NCBI GenBank assembly: GCA_041662665.1
Contig: JBAZSC010000003.1
Span: forward strand, 143,115-207,114
Reading direction: 5' to 3'
Length of the DNA stretch: 64,000 nucleotides
From: Patescibacteria group bacterium
Lineage (GTDB): Bacteria; Patescibacteriota; JABMPQ01; JAQVVF01
Shown here: piece by piece, positions 46,978 to 58,400 of the stretch
Numbering within the stretch: position 1 is the first letter of the stretch
How the letters are laid out: each line of letters begins with the position of its first letter
The notes under the pieces: generated by a model
What the model was told of the DNA's origin: nothing
The model's database searches: none
What the model saw: only the letters and a program-made list of their open reading frames with translations
Position numbers and translations under genes: made by a program

Positions 46978-47617
46978 TTTTAAGTGTCCTTTTTGCCATA
47001 ATCCAGAATTGGTATATAACGATCCGCCTACGTCCTGCGGGACTTTGGCGGACAAAGTAACCGAGGAAGAGGTCTTCGGTTATTTGGTTAAGAAGAAAAA
47101 AATGCTAGATGGAGTTTGTATCACAGGAGGCGAGCCAACTTTGCATGCTGATTTGATTGATTTTATTGTAAAGCTTAAAAAGATTGGATATTTGGTTAAG
47201 CTGGATACAAATGGATCAAACCCTAAAATGTTGAAAGAACTTTTTGACAAAAAATTACTTGATTATGTGGCTATGGATTTAAAAGCACCATTTGAAAGAT
47301 ATTCGGAAATTGTGGGTTTAGGGCATAGGGCACAGGGCTTGGGTATTATTGAAAATTGTAAAAAGTCTTTTAAATTAATCCAGGAATCTTCCGTTGATCA
47401 TGAATTTAGGACGACTGTTTTTCCGCAAGAACATATAGAAAATGATTTTATGAAAATGGCAGGATATCTGAAAAAAGGCGAGAAATATTATTTGCAAAAT
47501 ATTAGATACATTAAAAATTTAGATCAAAATTTGGATCAAAGTAAAAAAATAGATATTGCTATGCTTTTGAATAAATTAAAGAGTAAATTTCCTGATATTT
47601 GTGTTGAAGAAAGATAA
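46895..47617 (+). CDS. nrdG: Anaerobic RNR activating radical-SAM protein
   Basis: GCNFKCPFCHNP, ITGGEP, DTNGS, EFRTT. Confidence 0.93.
   Translation: MKIAGFQKLSLLEYPDRICAIVFLQGCNFKCPFCHNPELVYNDPPTSCGTLADKVTEEEVFGYLVKKKKMLDGVCITGGEPTLHADLIDFIVKLKKIGYLVKLDTNGSNPKMLKELFDKKLLDYVAMDLKAPFERYSEIVGLGHRAQGLGIIENCKKSFKLIQESSVDHEFRTTVFPQEHIENDFMKMAGYLKKGEKYYLQNIRYIKNLDQNLDQSKKIDIAMLLNKLKSKFPDICVEER
47023..47057 (+). repeat. Palindromic element A copy 10 (in frame in nrdG, encodes PPTSCGTLADK)
   Basis: TCCGCC TAC GTCC TGCG GGAC TTT GGCGGA CAAAG. Confidence 0.9.
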
Positions 47618-47831
47618 TATTCGGATATTAGGATATTCGGAAATTAAAAAAATTGAATATTAAATACAGAGTTTACACTTTGTATTTTTTTTGTTAAAAT
47701 AAACATATTGTTGAATTGTTAGATTGTTAAATTGTTAAGATTTGAATACGATTAGCAATTAAATAATTTAGTACTTGAACAATTTTGGTCATAAAAAAAC
47801 GCTTTAATAGCGTTTGAGTAAAAAGAGCAGA

Positions 47832-48326
47832 TTAGAGGAACTTTCGGCAATATTCTGTTGCTTTGGCGCAGGGAGTTTCAGTAAGAAAAAAGATGATATC
47901 ATGATCATGTTGCATTCCTAGCATTTTTAGATTTGCTTGATGTGAAATATCTGGATTACTTGATTCATGCAAAGAATTGAGATCTTGAATGATCTTAGGA
48001 ATGGTATTTTGTCGCATTCTTTCGTTGGTTGCGCAAACAAATTCACGTTGTACTTGAAACCAATCGCGAGATTCTTCGGTATTTTTCCACATTCCGGTAT
48101 ATTGACTCATCAATCCAAGAGATTGCCTTGCCAGTTTGAGATCCTCTCTGACTTTTTCTATTTTTTCATCGATTTTTCCAAGTTCCATTAGCTGAAGACA
48201 GATTTTATCACCATTGCAAATTGCAATATCGACTTCATCGGCTCGAGCTTTGGTAATGAATGTAGAAAGCAAGAAAACGACACAGAGAATAATCACAGTT
48301 CCAATCGTCTCTTTTGCCCTTCTCAC
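47832..48326 (-). CDS. Orphan secreted helical protein (cassette 7)
   Basis: TTGACA-18-TATAAT, GTTCCTTGAAG, GGAGGGA SD, GTG start 48326; signal peptide ending ARA-DE; hairpin AAACGCT/AGCGTTT at 47793-47815. Confidence 0.75.
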   Translation of the reverse strand: MRRAKETIGTVIILCVVFLLSTFITKARADEVDIAICNGDKICLQLMELGKIDEKIEKVREDLKLARQSLGLMSQYTGMWKNTEESRDWFQVQREFVCATNERMRQNTIPKIIQDLNSLHESSNPDISHQANLKMLGMQHDHDIIFFLTETPCAKATEYCRKFL

Positions 48327-48411
48327 TTTTCCCTCCGTTTTGTCCCTTTCTTGGGACTTCAAGGAACCAGATTGATTATAAGCACAAGATTATATTTTTG
48401 TCAACTGAAAA

Positions 48412-49761
48412 TTGTTAATTAAAACTCATATGATATCACAAATTCTTAACTTACGAATACGCACAAATGCCTTATGGCCACAAATTTCACGAATTTTTGT
48501 ATTAATGTTTTTTGTATTGAGTATTTGTTTGCCTAATTTTGGCTTTGCAAAAGCAAAAGATTGGGGGATTATTTATAATTTGACTGGTTCTGAGCTTACA
48601 TTATCTCAACAAATCTTTAATAAATCGCAGAGACTGCAAATTAAAATACCGGCAAACTTGATTGATGAAGAACAGATTGATGTTAAATTTAAGAAATTAG
48701 ATAAAGCAGATTATAAAATACCAGAAGGATATAAGGCAATAAGCAATATTTATCGTTATGAAATTGCTAATGTTTCTGATAATTTTGTTTTATTAGGAAA
48801 GATAAAATTGTTGTTAAAGCATAATTCTAATACTTTTAATCAAAAAGGATTTTTTTATTGGGATGAAGACGAAAAATTGTGGAAAGAATTAAAAAGTAGA
48901 ATTGATGAAAATAAGAATTTGGCGATTGCAAAGACAGATATTGAATCTCTTGATGTTGTTGTTTTAGAAAAAATTTCTAAATTAGGAATTGTTGAGCCAA
49001 ATAAAAAAGCTGGTGTTTCTAATCCAGATTTATATTCAATTGGAGCTGTTTTGATGGATGTAAAATCTGGTAAAGTTATGTATTGCAAAGACTGTGATCG
49101 AAAATTGACTTTAGCTTCAATGACAAAGATAATGACGGCAAATGTTGTTCTAGAATCTGGAGTTGATTTGAATAAAATATATACATATCAACCTTGGGAT
49201 AATGCAGAAGGACAAAGTGTGTGGTTAACTTCTGGCGATAAAATAAGAATAGAAGATTTGCTTTATACTTCTTTGGTTAAATCAGCGAATAACGCAACAA
49301 GAGCGTTGGCTCATTCAACAGGAATGAGTGATTCTGAATTTGCTGCAAAGATGAATGAAAAAGCAAAAAAAGTGGGAGCAGATTCTTGTTCTTTCTATGA
49401 TCCAACAGGTTTGGATTGGCGTAATGCATGTACTCCCAAAGATTATGTTAAAGTTGCAATTGATGCATTGAAAAAATTTAAAATTATGCAAGCTTCTACA
49501 ACAAAAGCATATTCTTATCAAACTTTGGGAGGAAAGACAATCAGTGTTACGAATACAAATGTTTTATTGAATACAAATTTGTATATTTTGGGTGGAAAAA
49601 CAGGTTATCTGCCAGAAATTGGAATGAATCTGATGACAAAAGCACGTGATAAAGCTGGGCATGAAATTATTAGTGTTGCCATAGGTTCTTCTTCGTATTA
49701 TGGTGTAACAAATGATGTTGAAACTTTGTTGAGATGGGGATTTGCTAATTGGACGTGGTAA
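48412..49761 (+). CDS. D-alanyl-D-alanine carboxypeptidase (peptidase S11) with N-terminal extra domain; start uncertain
   Basis: SMTK, SAN and KTG catalytic motifs. Confidence 0.9.
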   Translation: MLIKTHMISQILNLRIRTNALWPQISRIFVLMFFVLSICLPNFGFAKAKDWGIIYNLTGSELTLSQQIFNKSQRLQIKIPANLIDEEQIDVKFKKLDKADYKIPEGYKAISNIYRYEIANVSDNFVLLGKIKLLLKHNSNTFNQKGFFYWDEDEKLWKELKSRIDENKNLAIAKTDIESLDVVVLEKISKLGIVEPNKKAGVSNPDLYSIGAVLMDVKSGKVMYCKDCDRKLTLASMTKIMTANVVLESGVDLNKIYTYQPWDNAEGQSVWLTSGDKIRIEDLLYTSLVKSANNATRALAHSTGMSDSEFAAKMNEKAKKVGADSCSFYDPTGLDWRNACTPKDYVKVAIDALKKFKIMQASTTKAYSYQTLGGKTISVTNTNVLLNTNLYILGGKTGYLPEIGMNLMTKARDKAGHEIISVAIGSSSYYGVTNDVETLLRWGFANWTW

Positions 49762-49847
49762 AACCACAAATCTAACACAAATTTATAACAGATTTAACAC
49801 AGATACACAGATAATATTTTTTGTGATATAATAAAAATGATAAAAAA

Positions 49848-49948
49848 GTTAGACTTGTTAGATTGGTTAGACTTGTTACTATCTGACCAGTCTAATTAGT
49901 TTAACTAGTCTAACTAGTTTAACCAATCTAACAAATTTAACAAACTAA
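49848..49948. repeat. 9-mer GTTAGAYTK direct repeats followed by inverted copies
   Basis: gttagactt/gttagattg/gttagactt then ctgaccagt/ctaattagt/ttaactagt/ctaactagt. Confidence 0.75.
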
Positions 49949-49949
49949 T

Positions 49950-50183
49950 ATGCCAGAACTAAATAACAGATCAGACAAAGATATTTATCAAGATATAGAA
50001 AAAATGTTTCTTGAAGAAGAAGATATATTGACAGATAATGTTAACGTTGAAGTTAATTCTGGAAAAGTAACTTTGTCAGGATCTGTTGAAACTTTGGAAG
50101 AAAAACAAGATTTAGAAGATGCGATTTCTGATGTTGCAGGTGTTGCACTAATTACCAATGATCTACAGATAGAAAAAATATAA
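49950..50183 (+). CDS. BON domain protein
   Basis: VNVEVNSGKVTLSGSV...VAGV..ITNDL. Confidence 0.85.
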   Translation: MPELNNRSDKDIYQDIEKMFLEEEDILTDNVNVEVNSGKVTLSGSVETLEEKQDLEDAISDVAGVALITNDLQIEKI

Positions 50184-50216
50184 CATAATACGAATTTATT
50201 TCGTTTTAAAACAAAA

Positions 50217-50591
50217 ATGCAAATTTTTTTGGATTATATTGAATGGTGGTATTCTTATGGTCTAATTAGAATGCTTAAATATCTAAAAGCATTTATTTTG
50301 GTTTTGGTTGATACTTTTTCTGTAAAGATCTGTCTTGCAACTTTGTTTGCGCCATGGAAACGAGATATTTTTTCAACTGAAGGAATGAGTTTACAGGAAA
50401 GATTTGGTGTTTGGGGGAGCAATATGATTGCTAGAATGTTCGGATTTGTTATCAAATCTATAACTTTATTAATTTTTTTGATTTGTTTTGCTGTGCTGAT
50501 TTGTTTTGAATTTGCGATCATGATTATCTGGTTATTATTACCATTCTTGTTAGTTGAAGCGATTGTTTTTGGAGTTTTGTATTTACGTTAA
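50217..50591 (+). CDS. Membrane hypothetical protein upstream of the Clp ATPase
   Basis: WWYS.G, FS...TLFAPWKR, R.FGF..K motifs; TM helices. Confidence 0.75.
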   Translation: MQIFLDYIEWWYSYGLIRMLKYLKAFILVLVDTFSVKICLATLFAPWKRDIFSTEGMSLQERFGVWGSNMIARMFGFVIKSITLLIFLICFAVLICFEFAIMIIWLLLPFLLVEAIVFGVLYLR

Positions 50592-50729
50592 TTTTCAATT
50601 TCTAATTTTTAATTTTTATTAAATTATTAATGAACTAATTTTCAAACACTCCGTCAAGTATTTCGTTAGGTTTAGAAATTAGAATATTAAGAATTTAATA
50701 GAAATTGAAAATTAGAAATTAGTTTATTT

Positions 50730-53297
50730 ATGATTGTATTCAATACTGGAAAATCTAAAATATTTCGTTATGCAGGATTAGTTAGATTCTTGCGTGTTTT
50801 TATTTTTAAAATTTTATCATTTTTTGTTTATCTATTAGGCATTGCTTCTTTAGCTTTTGTAATTTTATATAATTTTTCGAGTTTGTATAATCTGAATTTT
50901 AATAGCAGAATGTTGGGATTAGCATTGATTATTTTCGCTATTTCTTTATTATATTTATCTTTTCATATTTTTTATGAATCTGGAGTAAAAAATGTTAAGC
51001 CATTAATTCCTTTAAAAGGTGCTTTAGATATTGCAAAGAGCGATGGAAATATTAATATGGCTGATTTTGTTTCTATTAATTTGGCAATTGCAATTTCTAA
51101 TACATTAAGCAAAAGCAAAGACAAAAAGAATGCAATGATTAATTCTTCTGATTTGCTTTTAGAGCTTTTGAAAGTAAAATCGATAAAATTTATTGTTAAT
51201 AGGATTGGTCTAAGCGTTTTAGAACTAGAAAAAAATGTAGAAAAATATGCATCAACTGAATCTAAAGGATATCTTGATCTAAAAGAAGTTTTGAAAAAAG
51301 CTTTAGAAGTTGGATATCTAGAAGGTCATGAGATAATTAGTTGCGGAGACGTATTTGTCGTTTTGTCAGTATTTGATCCTTTAATGAAAAAGATTTTGTT
51401 TGAATTAAATTTGAAAACAGAAGATATAGCAAATATTGTTTATTGGGAAACAGCTTTTTATAAATTCAGAAAAGAAAAAAACTTTGATCCAGACAATGTG
51501 AAAAGAAGAGGAGGAATTGGAAGAGAATGGGCATATGGATATACTAGAGCTTTAAGAACTTTTGGTCATGATGTAACTGATGAAATATTAAGAGGCGCAT
51601 TGCCATTTCATATTATTGGGCATGAAAAAAATATTAATCAAATAGAAGAAGTCTTAGTTCGAGCAACTCATCATAATGTTATTTTGGTTGGTCAGCCTGG
51701 TGTTGGAAAAAGAACAGTTGTTTTGGGATTAGCAAAAAGAATGATGGAAGGAACGACTTATTCAAGCTTAGCGAATAAGAGATTAATTGAATTGGATGTT
51801 GATAGGTTATTAGCAGGTGCCGAGACTCCTGGTGAGATCATCGAAAGATTAGAAGCAGTTTTGTCTGATGCTGTTGTTGCTGGCAACATTGTTTTGTTTA
51901 TCGATAATATTCAAAAATTGTTTGGAAGCGGCGAGGGCAAAGTTGGAACAATTGATGCATCGCAAGTTTTAGTGCCATTTTTGGAGAATCCAAACTTATA
52001 TTTTGTTTCAACTGCAAATGCAGATGATTTTCACCAATACATTGAAACAAGATCTGCTGTTGCTGACAAATTTGAAATAATGGATATTGCTGAGCCAAAT
52101 GAAAATGTAACTTTAAGAATATTGGAAGATCTAGCTCCAAGATTAGAATCACAAGGCGGTGTTATTATGAGCTATCCAGCATTGAAATCAATTTATAAAT
52201 TAGCTGATCAATTTTTGTATTCAAAGCCTTTTCCTGAGAAAGCGATTGATTTATTGAATGAAGTGATTGTTTTTGGATCTGCTTTTGGTAGAGGAACGAT
52301 TGTTTTACCTAGACATGTCGAGACATTAATGAAGAAAAAAGTAAAAGCGCCAATTGGAGAAGTTACCGGATCCGAAAAGCAATTATTGTTGCATTTAGAA
52401 GAATTTTTACATAAACGAATAGTCGATCAAGAAGAGGCGATAAGAGTTGTTTCTGATGCTTTAAGAAGGGCAAGGTCAGGAGTTGAAGCAGGCAATAAGC
52501 CAGTTGGCAGTTTCTTGTTTTTGGGTCCAACTGGTGTTGGAAAAACAGAAACTACAAAAGCTCTTGCAGAAGCATATTTTGGTTCAGAAAAGACAATGAT
52601 TCGTTTTGATATGTCGGAATATCAAGATCTATCTGGTGTATATAGATTGATCGGTGCACCTCCTGGATCGCCTGATGCTAAGGCTGGAGGAGAATTGACA
52701 AATGCTGTAAAAGAAAATCCTTTTACCGTTGTATTGTTTGATGAAATTGAAAAAGCGCATAAGGATATTTTGAATTTATTTTTGCAAATGCTTGATGAAG
52801 GCTGGCTAACTGATTCTTTAGGTAGGAAAGTTAGATTTAATAATACTTTAATCATTGCAACTTCGAATGCTGGTGCTAATTTAATTCAAGAAGGAATAAA
52901 ACAGCATCTTGATCCAATTGTTTTGAAAGAAAGATTGATTGACTATTTGCAAGCAGAAGGCATATTTAGGCCAGAATTTTTGAATAGATTTACATCTGTA
53001 GTTTATTTCAAGCCATTAGAAAAAGAACACGTTTTACAAATTACGAAAATGTTGCTTGGCAAATTGGTAAAAAGATTAGAACAAGAAAAAGGAATATATT
53101 TGAGAGTTGAAGAGCCAGCAATTGAGCGCTTAGCAGAACTTGGTTTTGATCCTTTGATGGGTGCTAGACCGATTATGCGAACAATACAGAATTATGTTGA
53201 AAATATTTTAGCGAAAAAAATGTTGACTGGCGAAGTTAAACGAGGGAGTCAATATACAATTACATTGTCTGATATTGATAGTATAAAACAGCAATAA
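50730..53297 (+). CDS. Clp/Hsp100 double-AAA+ ATPase with N-terminal transmembrane helices
   Basis: GQPGVGKRT; FPEKAIDLL; FLGPTGVGKTE; FDEIEKAH; FRPEFLNR; GARP. Confidence 0.93.
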   Translation: MIVFNTGKSKIFRYAGLVRFLRVFIFKILSFFVYLLGIASLAFVILYNFSSLYNLNFNSRMLGLALIIFAISLLYLSFHIFYESGVKNVKPLIPLKGALDIAKSDGNINMADFVSINLAIAISNTLSKSKDKKNAMINSSDLLLELLKVKSIKFIVNRIGLSVLELEKNVEKYASTESKGYLDLKEVLKKALEVGYLEGHEIISCGDVFVVLSVFDPLMKKILFELNLKTEDIANIVYWETAFYKFRKEKNFDPDNVKRRGGIGREWAYGYTRALRTFGHDVTDEILRGALPFHIIGHEKNINQIEEVLVRATHHNVILVGQPGVGKRTVVLGLAKRMMEGTTYSSLANKRLIELDVDRLLAGAETPGEIIERLEAVLSDAVVAGNIVLFIDNIQKLFGSGEGKVGTIDASQVLVPFLENPNLYFVSTANADDFHQYIETRSAVADKFEIMDIAEPNENVTLRILEDLAPRLESQGGVIMSYPALKSIYKLADQFLYSKPFPEKAIDLLNEVIVFGSAFGRGTIVLPRHVETLMKKKVKAPIGEVTGSEKQLLLHLEEFLHKRIVDQEEAIRVVSDALRRARSGVEAGNKPVGSFLFLGPTGVGKTETTKALAEAYFGSEKTMIRFDMSEYQDLSGVYRLIGAPPGSPDAKAGGELTNAVKENPFTVVLFDEIEKAHKDILNLFLQMLDEGWLTDSLGRKVRFNNTLIIATSNAGANLIQEGIKQHLDPIVLKERLIDYLQAEGIFRPEFLNRFTSVVYFKPLEKEHVLQITKMLLGKLVKRLEQEKGIYLRVEEPAIERLAELGFDPLMGARPIMRTIQNYVENILAKKMLTGEVKRGSQYTITLSDIDSIKQQ

Positions 53298-53304
53298 AAT
53301 ATTT

Positions 53305-53817
53305 ATGAATAGTATCTATGTATTGGAAGTTGGAACGGTTGATGATCTAGATTGGGAAAATTTGGCTTTGAATTTACAAAAAGTTTTTGATTTTAGTGTA
53401 AAAAAAATCGGGCCAATTGATGTGCCTGATTTTGCTTTTAATGCAGAAAAAAATCAATATGATGCAGAAAAAATTTTATTGGATCTGCAAAAAGTAGAAT
53501 TTGAAGATTTGGAAAAAATGATCGCTGTAACTAATAAAGATTTGTTTGCTTTGGAATATAATTATATTTTTGGACAAGGTGATTGTCCAGGCAGGCAAAG
53601 TATTGTGTCAGTATTTCGTTTGAAAGACAAAAATGAAAATTTATTTAACGAAAGAGTTTTAAAAGAAGCAATCCATGAATTAGGCCATAATTTTGGTTTG
53701 TCTCATTGCTTAAATATAAAATGCCCAATGCATTTTTCCATTAATATTGCTGATACTGACTTGAAGGAAATTACATTGTGCGAAAAATGTGGAAATTTGT
53801 TAAAGATGGTGAATTAA
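53305..53817 (+). CDS. Archaemetzincin-like zinc metalloprotease
   Basis: HELGHNFGLSHC...CPM...CEKC. Confidence 0.9.
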   Translation: MNSIYVLEVGTVDDLDWENLALNLQKVFDFSVKKIGPIDVPDFAFNAEKNQYDAEKILLDLQKVEFEDLEKMIAVTNKDLFALEYNYIFGQGDCPGRQSIVSVFRLKDKNENLFNERVLKEAIHELGHNFGLSHCLNIKCPMHFSINIADTDLKEITLCEKCGNLLKMVN

Positions 53818-53877
53818 TGTGCAATTGCTAAAATTGTTAAATTGTTTTATATTAAAATTGAAAGTTAGAAAATATAT

Positions 53878-54251
53878 ATGGATAAGCAAACACAAAAAGA
53901 ATTCACAAATCTAAAAAAATTAATAAAGGATGGTTTTAAGATGCAGGATGATGGAATTGTTGAGAAATTAGATAAGTTTAAATTATCAATTGATGAAAAA
54001 ATGATAAATTAGCCTTGATGGTTAAAAAAGGATTTGATGATGTTGATAAAAGATTAGATGAGCATCAGAGAGAATTAGAAGGAATTAGTATTGAGCTTGG
54101 CAATCTTCGTTCGAAATTGACAAAGGTATGCAGTCAAGAAGAACATCTGAAGCTAATGGGAGAATTCAGAGTGTTAGAAAAACGTTTTAATGATTTAATA
54201 TTTTATTTTAATAAAAATATATGTCAAAAAAACGAACAAAAATTGAATTAA
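53878..54251 (+). pseudogene. Coiled-coil hypothetical gene split by a 1-nt frameshift near 54001
   Basis: ATG 53878 ORF stops at 54012; shifted frame gives DKLALMVKKGFDDVDKRL. Confidence 0.5.
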
Positions 54252-54454
54252 TGAAATTTTATGGATATGTATGCCATTCAAATATGCTAAGAAAAGATTT
54301 TAATAAGTTGTTAAAAAAAGTGGAGCATGTTGAAAAGAGAATGGGTTTTGATATCTACCGGAATAATGGTTTTGTAACTGATGATGAGATGTTAGGTTTG
54401 AAACAAAGAATTAAAGAGTTGGAGGCTGTAGTAGACTATTCTCATATATCTTAG
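54221..54454 (+). CDS. Hypothetical small coiled-coil protein
   Basis: 77 aa; LKQRIKELE. Confidence 0.55.
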   Translation: MSKKRTKIELMKFYGYVCHSNMLRKDFNKLLKKVEHVEKRMGFDIYRNNGFVTDDEMLGLKQRIKELEAVVDYSHIS

Positions 54455-54483
54455 TTGTTAATGCTTTGATAAATACTGGTATT

Positions 54484-55233
54484 TTATTTTTTAGTTAAAG
54501 TTTGTTGTTTTGAGTTTAGTCTTAATTTCCAGACGATCCAGAAAGCCTCGTAAAATATTTTTTTTGAGAATTTAGAAATACCATTTTTGCGATCAGCAAA
54601 GACAATTGGTATTTCTTTTATTTTAAAGCCAGCTAATTTTGTTTTATACGCCATTTCAATTTGAAATGAATAGCCATCAGATTGGATTTGATCAAAATCA
54701 ATTTTTTCTAGGACTTGGCGTTTATAACAGCGAAATCCGGAAGTAAGATCGTCAATTTCTAGCTTTAGGATTGTTTTGGCATATAATGTTCCAAAACGGC
54801 TAATCAATTTTCGATGAAGCTCCCAATTCTTTGTTGATCCGCCATTAATATATCTTGATCCAATAACCAAATCAGAATCCTTCATGGCTTTTAAGAAGCT
54901 TGGAATACTATGCGGATTGTGGGAAAAATCAGCGTCCATTTCAAAAATATAGTCAGCGCCTAAGAAGAGCGCTTTTTTAAATCCAGAGATATAAGCTGAT
55001 CCTAAGCCCATTTTTGCTTCTCGATTGATGACGTAAAGTTGTTTTGGCATATCTTCGCTTAATCTTTGAGCCATAATACCTGTTTGATCTGGTGAATTGT
55101 CATCTACGATGATAATGTTGCCGTCAATGTTGTTATCGCGAAAAACAGTTAATATTTCTCGGACAATTTTTTTAAAATTTTCAACTTCGTTGTAGGTTGG
55201 TAGAACAATGCTGACCATAGTTTTGTTTTTCAC
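54484..55233 (-). CDS. Polyprenol monophosphomannose synthase (DPM1-like GT2)
   Basis: PTYNE, VDDNSPD, GLGSAY, MDADFSH, DLTSGFR, GYSFQIE. Confidence 0.93.
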   Translation of the reverse strand: MKNKTMVSIVLPTYNEVENFKKIVREILTVFRDNNIDGNIIIVDDNSPDQTGIMAQRLSEDMPKQLYVINREAKMGLGSAYISGFKKALFLGADYIFEMDADFSHNPHSIPSFLKAMKDSDLVIGSRYINGGSTKNWELHRKLISRFGTLYAKTILKLEIDDLTSGFRCYKRQVLEKIDFDQIQSDGYSFQIEMAYKTKLAGFKIKEIPIVFADRKNGISKFSKKIFYEAFWIVWKLRLNSKQQTLTKK

Positions 55234-55368
55234 TCTAATTAATTTTCTAATAAATCTAATATATTTTCGAATTCTGGCTTAGGAAAGGTATTTACTTAGC
55301 ATTATAAATGTCATATAATGAGTTTAACATATAATTTATGCTAAAAACATAGTTATTTATGCAAAAAT

Positions 55369-56082
55369 ATGAAAAAAATATTTAAAACATATAAAAAATT
55401 TGAGAAAGCTAATTTGTTGCAATTAAGTTCCTTTTTTCTTGGTTTTGCAGTTGGCAAAAATAAAGATAAGAAAATACGACCTTTTTTTAAAAATGCTTAC
55501 ATTGTTATAAAGGAAAATAAAGGAATATTATATTGGCGAAAAGAAAATTTTGAGAAAGCCATTTTGGTATTGAATAATCTGATCGAGAAGAAGCCAAAAT
55601 ATAATTCTGAATTATTGAAAAAAATTGAAAAAAAAGCGAAGGAAATTAAAAGGATAACAGCAAAAATTGCCAAGATGAAATTAAATAAAAAGAGTAATCA
55701 AGAGATAGCTAAATTTGTGCAGGTGCTATATAATATCAAAGTTGAATGGGCAGATTTGTTGTTTATCCCTAATATCTTAGTTATGGAACAAAAGCCAAGT
55801 AAATTTGAAATTTTGGCAATTGAGATTGAAAATAGAATTAATATATTAATGGATTCGATAATCAAGGAAATATCTAGAAGAACTTTTTATTCTGTAAGTC
55901 AATTATATTTTGCTTTGCCAATTGAGATAAAAGATATTATAAATAAAAAGGGATTAAAAAGATATGAATTGGATAACAGAAGCAAATTATGTTTAATTGA
56001 AGTGAACAGGAATGGCAAGCTAAAAGTAATTTCTGGAATTGAAGCTAAAAATATTATTAAAAAATACAAAACAATTTTATAA
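55369..56082 (+). CDS. Hypothetical basic helical protein
   Basis: 237-aa ORF; no catalytic motif recognised. Confidence 0.6.
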   Translation: MKKIFKTYKKFEKANLLQLSSFFLGFAVGKNKDKKIRPFFKNAYIVIKENKGILYWRKENFEKAILVLNNLIEKKPKYNSELLKKIEKKAKEIKRITAKIAKMKLNKKSNQEIAKFVQVLYNIKVEWADLLFIPNILVMEQKPSKFEILAIEIENRINILMDSIIKEISRRTFYSVSQLYFALPIEIKDIINKKGLKRYELDNRSKLCLIEVNRNGKLKVISGIEAKNIIKKYKTIL

Positions 56083-56128
56083 AAAATTTATGAACAATGA
56101 AATTGTTCAATGTTAAGTTATTATATTT

Positions 56129-58323
<2,195 letters not shown>

Positions 58324-58357
58324 GCGAATCAAAAGTTTAAAATCTAAAGTCAAAAAT

Positions 58358-58380
58358 AAAACCTCGACGAGAGGTTTTTT
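58358..58380. terminator. Bidirectional terminator between convergent genes
   Basis: AAAACCTC-gac-GAGAGGTTTTT. Confidence 0.6.
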
Positions 58381-58400
58381 GTTTATAATTTTTAAATATT

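Noticed and set aside
3728-47057. Element A as CRISPR repeats or intrinsic terminators
   Set aside because: Copies are dispersed with no spacer array or cas genes; they lack a T-tail and occur inside ORFs.
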